A stretch of 64,000 nt of DNA from an uncultured Candidatus Entotheonella sp. (lineage in GTDB: Bacteria > Tectomicrobia > Entotheonellia > Entotheonellales > Entotheonellaceae), in NCBI GenBank assembly GCA_965215335.1, contig CBDCDA010000002.1:928001-992000 (forward strand), in the 5' to 3' direction. Below, in pieces: positions 41,869-51,113 of the stretch (positions are counted from its first letter, which is position 1; each line of letters opens with the position of its first letter). The position numbers and the translations under genes are program-made. The notes beneath the pieces are model-generated. The model saw only the letters and a list, made by a program, of their open reading frames with translations, was not told where the DNA came from and did no database searches.

Positions 41869-42816
41869 CTACGCGGCCTGCTTCGCATCCGTCGGGCTCG
41901 ATGCGCGCGCTTGCGCGTTCATCACCTCGTCAGCCGACGCGACCCCGCCGATGAGACCGATGCCGAGATTCCCCAACGCCCGCCCGACGGCGGACGTTTC
42001 CGCCACTTCATACGGATTGGTGGCGGTCGGGCCGGAAGTGCCCTGGATGACCTCGGCGGTCCCGCTGGCGCTGCACGCGCCGACCTTCACGGTGGCCCGG
42101 CACAACGTCCGCTCACCGAGCGCGAAAAACTCGGTGCTGATCTCCTTCGGTCGCCGCTTCGCCCGCAACAACACCAGGCGACCGGCCACCGTCAGGTAAG
42201 GATTCCGAAGCGACACGAACACGTCGTCCTTACCCTGTACCTTCTGGCTGCGGCTCAGCAGGACGATGAAGCCCCACACCTCCGCAGGCAACGAGTCGTA
42301 GGCGCCCTTGCATTTGGCTTCCGCCTCCCGGTGAAGCCCGTCAATGGCCTCCTTTTCGGCATTGTTCACCTGCCGCCGCCCACCCTTCACCCAGAACCGC
42401 GGCTCGGGACAGACATACGGCGAGTTCGGCCTTTCGCCTTCGTTGCCGCCAGAACCAGGCGGCACGAGTTCCGCTTCGTTCGACGCCGTCGTCGTTGATC
42501 CCGACTTGTTCGGATCGACATGCTCACCGATCTGCCGCAGCAGATAGACCGCCAGGCGGTGCTTGCACATCCCCCGCGGCGCGTTGCCCCGCATGAAATC
42601 CTCGCAGGAGCATCCATGGAGCGTGACTTCATAAGGCACGTCCGTACCGTTATCGACAGCAGCGAGTTCGTCTCCGCGAAGCCTCGCGCTACCTGCCCGG
42701 ACAATCCCGACAGCCCGTTGAATGCGGGCGTTGAGTTCCTGATACTTCGTCGCCAGCCGGTCGGCAAGAGACCACAGGTAATCGACTTGCTCACCGGACA
42801 GTTCCGTTGTTTTCAT
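41869..42816 (-). CDS. SWIM zinc finger fused to a Rad52/Sak-like ssDNA-annealing domain
   Basis: CSCEDF...CKH SWIM motif; YLTVAGRL...AETSAVGRALGNLGIG...ASADE annealase-like motif. Confidence 0.7.
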   Translation of the reverse strand: MKTTELSGEQVDYLWSLADRLATKYQELNARIQRAVGIVRAGSARLRGDELAAVDNGTDVPYEVTLHGCSCEDFMRGNAPRGMCKHRLAVYLLRQIGEHVDPNKSGSTTTASNEAELVPPGSGGNEGERPNSPYVCPEPRFWVKGGRRQVNNAEKEAIDGLHREAEAKCKGAYDSLPAEVWGFIVLLSRSQKVQGKDDVFVSLRNPYLTVAGRLVLLRAKRRPKEISTEFFALGERTLCRATVKVGACSASGTAEVIQGTSGPTATNPYEVAETSAVGRALGNLGIGLIGGVASADEVMNAQARASSPTDAKQAA

Positions 42817-42845
42817 CGCGTTTTCCTCATCAATCAAAGGGCCTG

Positions 42846-42882
42846 AAAAAAGAAAAAGCCCCGGCACGACTGTGTCAGGGCT
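42846..42882 (-). terminator. rho-independent terminator downstream of ssb
   Basis: minus strand GCCCTGAC..GTGCCGGGGC followed by TTTTTCTTTTTT. Confidence 0.5.
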
Positions 42883-42933
42883 CTCACAGGACTCCGAGGG
42901 CAAGCCAAAGGCGAGCCCTCTGATCTCCAGGTC

Positions 42934-43347
42934 TCAGAACGGCAAATCCGAGTCGTCCGGGAGGGTCCCGTCGAACTCGCCGGCGTCGTTGCCGTCGCCA
43001 TGACCGTTGCCATTCTTGCTGCCGCGCGGCATGAAATTCACCCGCTCGGCGATCACGTCCACCTTGGAACGCTTTTGACCTCCTTCGGTTTCCCAGGTGT
43101 TGTACCGCAGCCGCCCCTCGATCACGACCTTGCGGCCCTGCTCCAGGTACTTCGCCACGGCTTCCGCGCCCGGCCCGAAACTGGTCACGTCCACAAAGCA
43201 AACGTCTTCTTTCACCTCGTCTGCCTGGCGATACCGGCGATTGCTCGCCAGTCCGAAAGAAGCCACGGCCACGCCCTTCGGCGTATAGCGCAGCTCAGGG
43301 GTACGAGTGAGATTGCCAGTCATCACGACGACGTTGGTGTCCGACAT
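42934..43347 (-). CDS. ssb: single-stranded DNA-binding protein
   Basis: GNLTRTPELRYTPKG, IEGRLR, acidic tail DDSDLPF. Confidence 0.95.
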   Translation of the reverse strand: MSDTNVVVMTGNLTRTPELRYTPKGVAVASFGLASNRRYRQADEVKEDVCFVDVTSFGPGAEAVAKYLEQGRKVVIEGRLRYNTWETEGGQKRSKVDVIAERVNFMPRGSKNGNGHGDGNDAGEFDGTLPDDSDLPF

Positions 43348-43792
43348 GGTGGTTCTCCTTCAGCTTTTGGGCGCACGGGTGGCGCCGATGGATTGGCCGC
43401 GGCATGCAGCCAGGGATTGCCCACTCAAGAGCAACGCGCACTTCTGCGGATTGAACGGCCACGGGATGCAGCCGACGAGATGGCCACGGGAGTAGCCAAG
43501 GAGGTGCCTTGCGGCGAGTTCTCGAAGGTCTTGTTGACCGCGAAGGAATCACGGTCGTGTCCAGTGAAGCCGGCAAAACTGGACGATCAGGGATCAGGAC
43601 CGGCTTTTTGCAGGAGAGAACCCCGCGAAACTCCTGGATCAGGGGATCAGGACGGGGTTTTTACCTACCAATGCGACTTACCTACATCAACTCGGAAACA
43701 AATACAACAAAAAAAGGCCGGCCCCCCAAGGCGAGCGACAGGAGCGTTGCTTCCCCGTGGCGTCACCAACCCGGTGATTCATTGGACGCACC

Positions 43793-44641
43793 TCATGCCG
43801 GTGCCCCGGATCGGACGGCCTCCACCCCAGCCATGGCGCGGGCGTACCCGGCCCGCCAATGACGACCATAGCCGGCGTCGTCGTTTGGGTCCAAGGTCGT
43901 GAACATCCTTTCGGCGTGCTCGAAGCTCTGCCGCCAAGTCGGGCAGAGACCGGCGCCGAACCAGCCGCAGGCGAGCAGATCGAGCGTTTCCTCGTCGCTC
44001 AACTTCCCGATCAGGTTGGCCAGACGCCGCCGGGCGGGCGTATCCAGGAGTAGCTCCAAGTTCTCGTCGAACGTCGTGACAGGTATCCTTGCAGTCCCAA
44101 CGGGCAGAGATTCGACAACTGACCGCTCTGTTTGGGCACAAAGCTCGTAGGCGGCGGCAAGGGCATCGATCTTGTCCTGCTCGATGACCGGCGCCGTGCC
44201 CATCGTTTCGATCCACGCGGCGATGCCGGGCGTACCGAGATAATGCACACGGGTCTTCGGATAGCGGCCGGCAACCTTGCCGGCAAAGCGCTTGTCGGCG
44301 GTGAGCAAGTCGGAGAGCGCGGTTTCGGCGCATGCGAGATAGAGACAATCGTAAATCGGATGGTCGATCTCGAAGGCCATCCGTGTGGCGCGCTCGATGA
44401 GGTCACGGTCGGGAAAAAGCGTCAGGATATCGGGCAGATTGGCAAGTTCTTCGCGGTACGGCTGCGCGTCGGTGATTTCCCCTCGTCGTGCCTTTTTCCA
44501 GATGGTGTTGGCGCATTCGGCAAGCAGGAGGTCGGGGGCAAACCGCTGGATACGGCGGGTGAGCACGGTGCGCGCTTCATCACACAGCGGCTCGGCCACG
44601 AACCACTTGACGGCGATGCTGGCATCGACGGTCAGTTTCAC
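43793..44641 (-). CDS. VapC-like PIN toxin with C-terminal DUF3775-like extension
   Basis: VDASIAVKWF, E at LLAEC, IYDCLYLA, LLTAD; extra ~140 aa with LSDEETLDLLACGWFG. Confidence 0.8.
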   Translation of the reverse strand: MKLTVDASIAVKWFVAEPLCDEARTVLTRRIQRFAPDLLLAECANTIWKKARRGEITDAQPYREELANLPDILTLFPDRDLIERATRMAFEIDHPIYDCLYLACAETALSDLLTADKRFAGKVAGRYPKTRVHYLGTPGIAAWIETMGTAPVIEQDKIDALAAAYELCAQTERSVVESLPVGTARIPVTTFDENLELLLDTPARRRLANLIGKLSDEETLDLLACGWFGAGLCPTWRQSFEHAERMFTTLDPNDDAGYGRHWRAGYARAMAGVEAVRSGAPA

Positions 44642-44874
44642 CGCTCCCGGTCCTCGCGCAGCGACTCGACGCTGTCGGTCTGGACCGTGCCAGCCGTCAG
44701 CGAGACGAGTTGCCGCGTCCGCTCGCGGAAGTCCGCGAGGCGGCCCGGGCGACTCACCTGCCGGGTCAGCAAGTGACGGATCTCGCCTTCGAGGGACCGC
44801 TGGTTCGCTTTTGCCTGTACCTTCAGTTGCTCGATGACGCGGTCATCGACGTTGCGGATGGTCAAATTGCCCAT
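44638..44874 (-). CDS. ribbon-helix-helix antitoxin (FitA/StbC-like)
   Basis: LTIRNVDD...LKVQAKANQRSLEGEIR; 4-bp overlap with the PIN gene. Confidence 0.85.
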   Translation of the reverse strand: MGNLTIRNVDDRVIEQLKVQAKANQRSLEGEIRHLLTRQVSRPGRLADFRERTRQLVSLTAGTVQTDSVESLREDRER

Positions 44875-45314
44875 GGCATTTCCTCCCTGATGGTATCCAT
44901 GATCTGGATGCTAGCAAGATGCAAGCGAATCTGCAAGCAGGTTTGGATGAGGTGCCAGGCGCGTCGTGCTCCCTGACGGTCGCACCACGCTTGCGCCACG
45001 ACCCGTCCCGCTCCTTCAACCCGGCCTTCGCGTCGCCCTCCCTGGCGGTCGGGCCACGCTCGACCCCAAACACCCGCGTCAACCACCAAGACTTCTCGGA
45101 TTACCTGCTTCAGCCCGACAAGGCCAAGCCCTGCGGGTCTTCGCCGTAGGTAATCCGGTCATGCCCGGGTACTACCCGGGGCCGAAGCGCCTGTATGACT
45201 TCGACACGCTCAGCGAGCAGTTCGAGCCCAAGCTCAACCGCATGTATGTTACCATCCACGCGCATCTCCGCCCGATAGTTGCACGCAGTACCGACAAGAC
45301 GGGAGACCCCGCCA

Positions 45315-47308
45315 TTGAACGAGCAGTTCTTCAACCAGCCCATCCTCAATTCTCCGTACGAGCGCCCGAGCCGGCATTGGGAACTCGACGATGCCGGACA
45401 GCCGACCCAGAAGATCATCGAAGAACGCCGGCCAGCCAGATTCATCACCGCCGTCCCGAGCGCCAGGAGACTTCGTGGCCCGGCGGCGGGAAACCAGACG
45501 TCCATGGTCTTCGACGCCGCCGCAAGAGGCATCGGGACCGACGACCAACGGTACGACCTGCCCGCTCAGCCTGCCGTCCATGCTGGAAACGGCGCTGAAA
45601 GCCCTGTACGGCCATTACGAGAAGATATTCGGGCTGTGGCGGCAAGCCGGCATCGAGACGCCGCCCTGCTTCATCGTCGTCTGTAACAACACCGCCACCT
45701 CCAAGCTGGTGTACGACTACGTTTCGGGCTTCCGGCGCGACAACCCCGACGGCTCCAGGACCCTGGTGAACGGCCGCCTGGCGCTGTTCCGCAACCACGA
45801 CGAGGCCGGCGCCCCGCTCGGCCGCCCGCGCACGCTGCTCATCGACAGCAAGCAGCTCGAATCCGGGGAGGGGCTGGACAGGAACTTCCGCAACCTGGCC
45901 GCCGACGAGATCGAGCGCTTCCGCCACGAGATCGTCGCCCGCACCGGCGACCGCCGGCAGGCCGAGAACCTCTCGGACCACGACCTGCTGCGCGAGGCCA
46001 TGAATACCGTGGGCAAGGCCGGACGGCTCGGCGGCCAGGTCCGCTGCGTCGTCTCCGTCTCCATGCTGACCGAGGGCTGGGACGCCAGCACCGTCACGCA
46101 CGTCCTCGGCGTCCGTGCCTTCGACACGCAACTCCTGTGCGAGCAGGTCGTCGGCAGGGCGCTGCGCCGGCAGTCCTACGACGTCGGGGGAAAACGGCCT
46201 CCTCGACGTCGAGTACGCGGACGTCCTCGGCGTCCCGTTCGACTTCACGGCCAGGCCGGTCGTCGCCCCGCCCCGGCCGCCGCGCGAGACCGTCCAGGTC
46301 AGGGCCATCCACCCCGAACGAGACCACCTCGAAATCCGCTTTCCCAGGGTCGCCGGATACCGGGTGGAACTGCCGGACGAACGGCTGCAAGCCACCTTCA
46401 GCGAGGACTCGATCCTGGAACTGACGCCGGAGCTCACGGGACCGACGCAAACGCGCAACGAGGGGATCATCGGCGCGGGCATCGACCTCGACCTGGTCCA
46501 TACCGGCGCCCTGCGGCGCGCGACCCTGCTCTACAACCTGACGCAGCGGCTGCTCTACACCAGGTGGCGCGACCCGGACGAGGAACCCGAGCTGCACCTG
46601 TTCGGCCAGCTCAAGCGCATCACCCGCAAATGGCTCGATACCTGCCTCGTCTGCAAGGGCAACACCTGCCCGGCCCAACTCATGTACCGGGACCTGGCCG
46701 ACCTGGCCTGCGAGCGCATCACCGCGGCGATCACGCGCGCGGAAATCGGCAGCCGGCCAGTCAAGGCCGTGCTCGCTCCCTATAACCCCGTCGGCTCCAC
46801 CCTGCACGTCAACTTCAACACGGCCAAGACGCTCCGCTACAGGACGGCTCCCCGGCGTTGCCACGTCAACTGGGCGATCCTCGACAGCGCGTGGGAAGCA
46901 GAATTCTGCCGCGTCGTCGAAGCGCACCGCGCCGTGCGCGCCTACGTCAAGAACCAGGGCCTCGGCCTGGAAGTCCCCTACCGAAGCGGCTCCACGGCCC
47001 GGACCTATGTCCCCGATTTCATCGTGGTCCTGGACGACGGCTGCGGCGAGGCGCTGAACCTGATCGTCGAGATCAAGGGCTACCGGGGAGAGGACGCAAA
47101 AGACAAGAAGGAGACGATGGAGACCTGCTGGGTGCCCGGCGTGAACAACCTCCACGCCTACGGCCGTTGGGCCTTCGCCGAGTTCACGGACGTGTATGAC
47201 ATGCAATCCGATTTCGAGGCCAGAGTGGAGTTCGAGTTCAATCGTTTGACAAAGCAGTCCCAGCCAGCGGATATTGATGAATCGGAATTGCAGGTCCGCA
47301 GGGAGTAG
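45315..47308 (+). pseudogene. type III restriction endonuclease subunit, internally deleted and frameshifted
   Basis: N-terminus PILNSPYERPSRHW, frame change near 45560 with no Walker A/DExH motif left, SMLTEGWD, second frameshift at ggggaaaa ~46190, nuclease YVPDF..VEIKG. Confidence 0.8.
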
Positions 47309-47316
47309 CTGATCCC

Positions 47317-50103
47317 ATGGCACGAACATCCAGAAAGACCAAGACCATTGCCACCCTCACGCACGGCGAAGCGTCGCGCAAGAACATCCCCACCGCCGAA
47401 TACCAGGCGGTGATGGCAGAGGACGACCGCAGTCCCATCCAGGTCGCCTGCGAACGGCGCAACCGCGACCTCGACCCGCAACTCGTCTGGCGCGGCAAGG
47501 ATGAACAGGACTCGTCGGCCTTGACCATTCAGGCGCCACCGCTGTTCATCCAGGAAAAGGTGCACCCCAAGGTGCTGATCGACGACCTGTCCCGGCGCAC
47601 CAGGGCGGGCGAGAAAGCGAGCGAGAGGCAGCCCGACCTGTTCGCCGATTTCAACGGGTTGCCGGACGCCGACGCCCGCACCGAGTTCTACCAGCACGAC
47701 GCCAACTGGTCGAACCGCATGATCCTCGGCGACAGCCTGCAGGTGATGGCGTCGCTGGCCGAGCGCGAGGGGCTGCGCGGCCAGGTGCAGTGCATCTACC
47801 TCGACCCGCCCTACGGCATCAGGTTCAACTCCAACTTCCAGTGGTCCACCACCAGCCGCGCCGTGAAGGACGGCAACGCCGCCCACGTCACCCGCGAACC
47901 GGAGCAGGTGAAGGCGTTCCGGGATACGTGGCGGGACGGGATTCACTCGTACCTGACGTACCTGCGGGATCGGCTGACGGTAGCGCGGGACTTGCTGGCG
48001 GAAAGCGGCAGCATCTTCGTGCAGATCGGGGATGAGAACGTGCACCGGGTGCGGGCGCTGATGGATGAGGTGTTCGGGGAGAGGAATTTCGTGGTAACGA
48101 TCAAGTTTTCCAAGACGGCCGGACTCGGCGGGAAATACCTGGACGAAACATTTGATTACCTGTTGTGGTATGCGAAGAGCCGCGACTCCGCCAAATTTCG
48201 TCGTCCTTACCTGATGCGGGTCCCCGGTGAAGTTGGTGCGAAACAGTATCGATTTCTCATGAACAATGCTGGACACTTCAAAGAAGCTGACGCCAACAAT
48301 TTGGATTTGCAGGATTACCGTCTTTTCTCGCACGACAATTTTACATCTCAGACAGCAAGCGAAACGACCGTCTTTGACTTCTCAGTAAATGGATTCACCA
48401 TTCGTTCGCCTCGTAAGGGCGGCTGGAAGTCCAATGCGGCTGGAGTCGAAAGATTAAAAAAAGCAGGGCGTGTCATTAGGATAGGCGAGACACCCCGATA
48501 TGTTCGGTACTTCAATGATTCTCCATACTTTCCTGTTGGTTCGGCGTGGCTCGACACAGCCATAAGCGGGTTTGCAGAGGACAAGGTCTATGTTGTGCAG
48601 ACGCTGTCGAAAGTCATCCAACGCTGCCTCCTCATGACCACCGACCCCGGCGACCTCGTCCTCGACCCCACCTGTGGCTCCGGCACCACCGCCTACGTCG
48701 CCGAGCAGTGGGGCCGCCGCTGGATCACCATCGACACCTCCCGTGTCGCCCTCGCCTTGGCCCGCGCCCGCATCATGGGCGCCCGCTATCCCTGGTATCT
48801 GCTCGCCGACAGCCGCGACGGGCAACTGAAAGAAGCCGAAATCACCCGCAAGGCGCCCGCCGACGCGCCCACCCACAACGACCTCCGCCAGGGATTCGTG
48901 TACCAGCGCGTGCCGCACGTCACCCTCAAGTCCATCGCCAACAACGCCGAGATCGACGTCATCTGGGAGAAGTTCCAGGAGACGCTGGAACCACTGCGCG
49001 AGCAACTGAACGGCGCGCTCGGAACGGCCTGGGAAGAGTGGGAAATCCCCCGCGAAGCCGGCGCCTGGCCCGAGGCGGGCCGCAAGCTGCACGCCGATTG
49101 GTGGAAACAGCGCATCGACCGGCAGAAGGAAATCGACGCCTCCATCGCCGCCAGGGCGGACTACGAGTACCTCTACGACAAGCCCTGCGAGGACAGCAAG
49201 AAGGTCCGCGTCGCCGGGCCGTTCACCGTCGACAGCCTGTCGCCGCACCGCCTGCTGGGAGTGGACGAGAACGACGATCTCATCGACAACGTCGCCGAAG
49301 GAAAGCTCGGCTACGGCGACAGGCAGGACTTCGCCGGCATGATCCTGAAGCACCTCGAAACCTCCGGCGTCCAGCAGGCGCACAAGCAGGACCGCATCGC
49401 GTTCGCCTCGCTCACGCCCTGGCCAGGCAATCTCGTCTGCGCCGAGGGAACCTATAGTGAAGGTGACACCGATTCCGGCGCGGAGAAACGCGCCGGAATC
49501 TTCATCGGCCCGGAGTTCGGCACCGTCTCCCGCCCCGACCTCGTGACAGCGGTGCGCGAGGCCGCCGACGCCGGCTTCGACGCGCTGGTCGCCTGCGCCT
49601 TCAACTACGACGCGCACGCCTCGGAGTTCAACAAGCTCGGCCGCGTCCCCGTCCTCAAGGCGCGCATGAACGCCGACCTGCACATGGCCGGCGACCTCAA
49701 GAACACCGGCAAGGGCAACCTGTTCGTCGTCTTCGGCGAGCCGGACATCGACGTCCGGGAGACCGGAGACGGCTGCATGCGAGTCAAGATCAACGGCGTG
49801 GACGTGTTCCACCCCGCCACCGGCGAAATCCGCAGCGACGACGCCGACGGCATCGCCTGCTGGTTCGTGGACACCGACTACGACGAGGAGAGCTTCTTCG
49901 TCCGCCACGCCTACTTTCTCGGCGCCAACGATCCGTACAAGGCGCTCAAGACCACCCTGAAAGCCGAAATCGACGAAGACGCCTGGGCGACGCTGCACAG
50001 CGACACGTCGCGACCGTTCGCCAAGCCTGCATCCGGGCGTATCGCCGTGAAGGTCATCAACCATTTGGGGGACGAGGTGATGAAGGTATTTCGGGTAAGC
50101 TGA
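47317..50103 (+). CDS. type III R-M DNA adenine methyltransferase (Mod)
   Basis: DPPY, VLDPTCGSGTT, IAVKVIN; lower-GC target-recognition segment ~48090-48600. Confidence 0.9.
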   Translation: MARTSRKTKTIATLTHGEASRKNIPTAEYQAVMAEDDRSPIQVACERRNRDLDPQLVWRGKDEQDSSALTIQAPPLFIQEKVHPKVLIDDLSRRTRAGEKASERQPDLFADFNGLPDADARTEFYQHDANWSNRMILGDSLQVMASLAEREGLRGQVQCIYLDPPYGIRFNSNFQWSTTSRAVKDGNAAHVTREPEQVKAFRDTWRDGIHSYLTYLRDRLTVARDLLAESGSIFVQIGDENVHRVRALMDEVFGERNFVVTIKFSKTAGLGGKYLDETFDYLLWYAKSRDSAKFRRPYLMRVPGEVGAKQYRFLMNNAGHFKEADANNLDLQDYRLFSHDNFTSQTASETTVFDFSVNGFTIRSPRKGGWKSNAAGVERLKKAGRVIRIGETPRYVRYFNDSPYFPVGSAWLDTAISGFAEDKVYVVQTLSKVIQRCLLMTTDPGDLVLDPTCGSGTTAYVAEQWGRRWITIDTSRVALALARARIMGARYPWYLLADSRDGQLKEAEITRKAPADAPTHNDLRQGFVYQRVPHVTLKSIANNAEIDVIWEKFQETLEPLREQLNGALGTAWEEWEIPREAGAWPEAGRKLHADWWKQRIDRQKEIDASIAARADYEYLYDKPCEDSKKVRVAGPFTVDSLSPHRLLGVDENDDLIDNVAEGKLGYGDRQDFAGMILKHLETSGVQQAHKQDRIAFASLTPWPGNLVCAEGTYSEGDTDSGAEKRAGIFIGPEFGTVSRPDLVTAVREAADAGFDALVACAFNYDAHASEFNKLGRVPVLKARMNADLHMAGDLKNTGKGNLFVVFGEPDIDVRETGDGCMRVKINGVDVFHPATGEIRSDDADGIACWFVDTDYDEESFFVRHAYFLGANDPYKALKTTLKAEIDEDAWATLHSDTSRPFAKPASGRIAVKVINHLGDEVMKVFRVS

Positions 50104-50240
50104 AATATCCGTGGCAGGCGCTCATGTCGCCCAGATCGCTTCTCCATCCACTCTGCCCGCTATAATTTTGTCGTGTGCAGTGGGCGATGATGAAATGTTT
50201 GCCAAAGCCCTGGCGGACGAGATTGGAGAAAGGAGAAACC

Positions 50241-50516
50241 ATGGAGGTACGACAGCCGCGTTACAGCAAAGAGGAGTTCGCCCGGCGCGGTCAGGCGATC
50301 TACGAGGAACAAGTGAGGCCGCAGGTAGAAGAAGGCAATACCGGCAGGGTTGTGGCGATCGACGTCGAGACCGGGGAGTTTGAAGTAGCGGACGACCCGA
50401 TTACTGCCTCCGACCATCTCTTTGCGCGTTGTCCGGATGCACAGCCGTGGTTGGTCCGTATCGGACACCGGGCGTTACACCGGTTCGGAGTTGCATATGC
50501 CAGTGGCTTGACGTGA
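50241..50516 (+). CDS. small hypothetical protein, partner of clan AA aspartic protease
   Basis: AAGGAG RBS; GRVVAIDVETGEF; 4-bp overlap with the next gene. Confidence 0.75.
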   Translation: MEVRQPRYSKEEFARRGQAIYEEQVRPQVEEGNTGRVVAIDVETGEFEVADDPITASDHLFARCPDAQPWLVRIGHRALHRFGVAYASGLT

Positions 50517-50884
50517 TTGAGGGTGCCGTAAGCGGGAATTCCGAGGCGATCGTCCGACTGACCCTCCACGTCGCTACTGGCGCGATGCAGGAAATCGACG
50601 CCATCATCGACACTGGCTTCACCGGTGATCTGACACTCCCACCGGCGTTGATCCGGCGGCTGAATTTGCCCTGGAAAGGCCGCAGTCGAGCCCTGCTCGC
50701 CGATGGCGGCCTGCACACGTTCGACGAGTACGTTGGAACTGTGTCGTGGAATGGTCAATCCCGTATGGTGGAGGTGAGTTCGGCCGATACGAATCCCCTC
50801 GTTGGAATGGGATTGCTCAGGGGTCACCGCCTCAGCATGGATGTGATCGAGAATGGCGCCGTGATGATTGAAGCGTTGATATGA
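50513..50884 (+). CDS. clan AA (retropepsin-like) aspartic protease
   Basis: IIDTGFTG catalytic motif, LADG flap, LVGMGLL; GTG start. Confidence 0.85.
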   Translation: MIEGAVSGNSEAIVRLTLHVATGAMQEIDAIIDTGFTGDLTLPPALIRRLNLPWKGRSRALLADGGLHTFDEYVGTVSWNGQSRMVEVSSADTNPLVGMGLLRGHRLSMDVIENGAVMIEALI

Positions 50885-51113
50885 TTTACCAGCCGCGGGC
50901 GAGACGTGAGCGGACTAGAGGAGTTTGCTGCCAGGACGTCATCGAGCGCTCAGCACCATGTCCAGGTGTTCCCGGCCGGGCGTGGCGGCCCGCCCTGACT
51001 TGGATCAACGTCACTCGCAATACCGCTCCCTGAACGAGAGGGAACCAGCCAGCTTGCCGGCTGGTTCCGTTCGCGGGCGGCATCATGGACGCCGAAGGCC
51101 GCCTTGTCCCACA

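Noticed and set aside
43700..43760. oriT or terminator between vapC and ssb
   Set aside because: Only a weak stem before the A/T run, no recognisable nic motif, and no relaxase in the window.
44960..45300. Remnant of a second type I HsdR (NHQDFSDYLL, YDFDTLSEQFEPKL)
   Set aside because: Similarity is to a few residues from memory only and the frames are broken; needs blastx.
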